From NCBI GenBank assembly GCA_964564205.1, contig CAZMAE010000159.1:1-49386 (forward strand): a stretch of DNA of 49,386 nucleotides, written 5' to 3'. The notes beneath the pieces are model-generated. The model worked only from the letters and a program-made list of their open reading frames with translations, was not told the origin of the DNA and searched no databases. Below are positions 49,044 through 49,386 of the stretch, piece by piece. The DNA is from an uncultured Odoribacter sp. GTDB taxonomy: Bacteria > Bacteroidota > Bacteroidia > Bacteroidales > Marinifilaceae. The stretch's first letter is position 1. Each line of letters opens with the position of its first letter. Position numbers and translations under genes: made by a program.

Positions 49044-49385
49044 TCATTCCACCACCCATCGTTCGATATTTCTCGTCTCCGATGAAAAGTTCACACCGAC
49101 CTTAAACAAACGACGGCCGGCCGATTCGAAAGGCAGGGCATATCCTTTCCCGTTGATCTGCTGCAACGCCTCCTCTGCCGTTCCGTCCAACTTAAATTCC
49201 ATCACGTACACGTATTTCTCCGTCTGCAATACCAAATCGATCCGACCGCTGCTCGTATGGTACTCCGCCTTCACGTAAAATCCCATCAATTTCGAGACGA
49301 TGAAGATCACATTCTGGTAGTGAACTTCCATATCCCGCTTGATCTGCTCATACGACGTGTCGGCAAACAAGCCCTGCAGCCGGCG
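49044..49385 (-). CDS. 3' end of an AAA-ATPase-like / PD-(D/E)XK_9 nuclease protein (partial, continues past the window)
   Basis: E.HYQ, GRIDLV, VMEFK, ALQQI..KGY, VGVNF; the frame is open to the window edge. Confidence 0.88.
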   Translation of the reverse strand, partial: RRLQGLFADTSYEQIKRDMEVHYQNVIFIVSKLMGFYVKAEYHTSSGRIDLVLQTEKYVYVMEFKLDGTAEEALQQINGKGYALPFESAGRRLFKVGVNFSSETRNIERWVVE

Positions 49386-49386
49386 C

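Overview
Mostly core chromosome of an anaerobic Bacteroidales bacterium. TAnnTTTG (-7) promoter motifs precede many genes; Odoribacteraceae-like is my inference from gene content. About 39 CDS and one tRNA-Trp(CCA): DUF308 membrane protein, prfC, FlK-type thioesterase, uvrB, a triple thioredoxin-like protein, RidA, rubrerythrin, MFS, FabK-like enzyme, an M16 peptidase pair, two DUF4251 paralogs, carboxyltransferase beta plus biotin carrier, an ABC-2 pair, gcvT/serC/serA/DUF1015, STAS, arcC-arcB, ftsB-ruvX-def-comEC, trkAH, mgtC, Sua5/YciO, fsa, a NigD-like lipoprotein, mnmA/spmAB/folD/ffh/HTH-ACT, rlmB, ABC-F, pruA, DUF3332 and the 3' end of an AAA/PD-(D/E)XK gene. I saw no CRISPR array, transposase, integrase or prophage. 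The strongest leads are: (1) a spacer-less 22-bp tandem array with an 11-bp sub-period that runs off the left edge; (2) a ParB/Srx-motif (DGHHR) DUF1015 protein in the place of SerB, a candidate serine kinase/phosphotransferase; (3) arcC-arcB without arcA, under tandem ARG-box-like sites; (4) a CxxC-less triple thioredoxin; (5) a long hairpin leader on pruA; (6) a 103-bp palindromic element carrying promoter motifs. All family calls come from motif recognition by eye; no searches were run.
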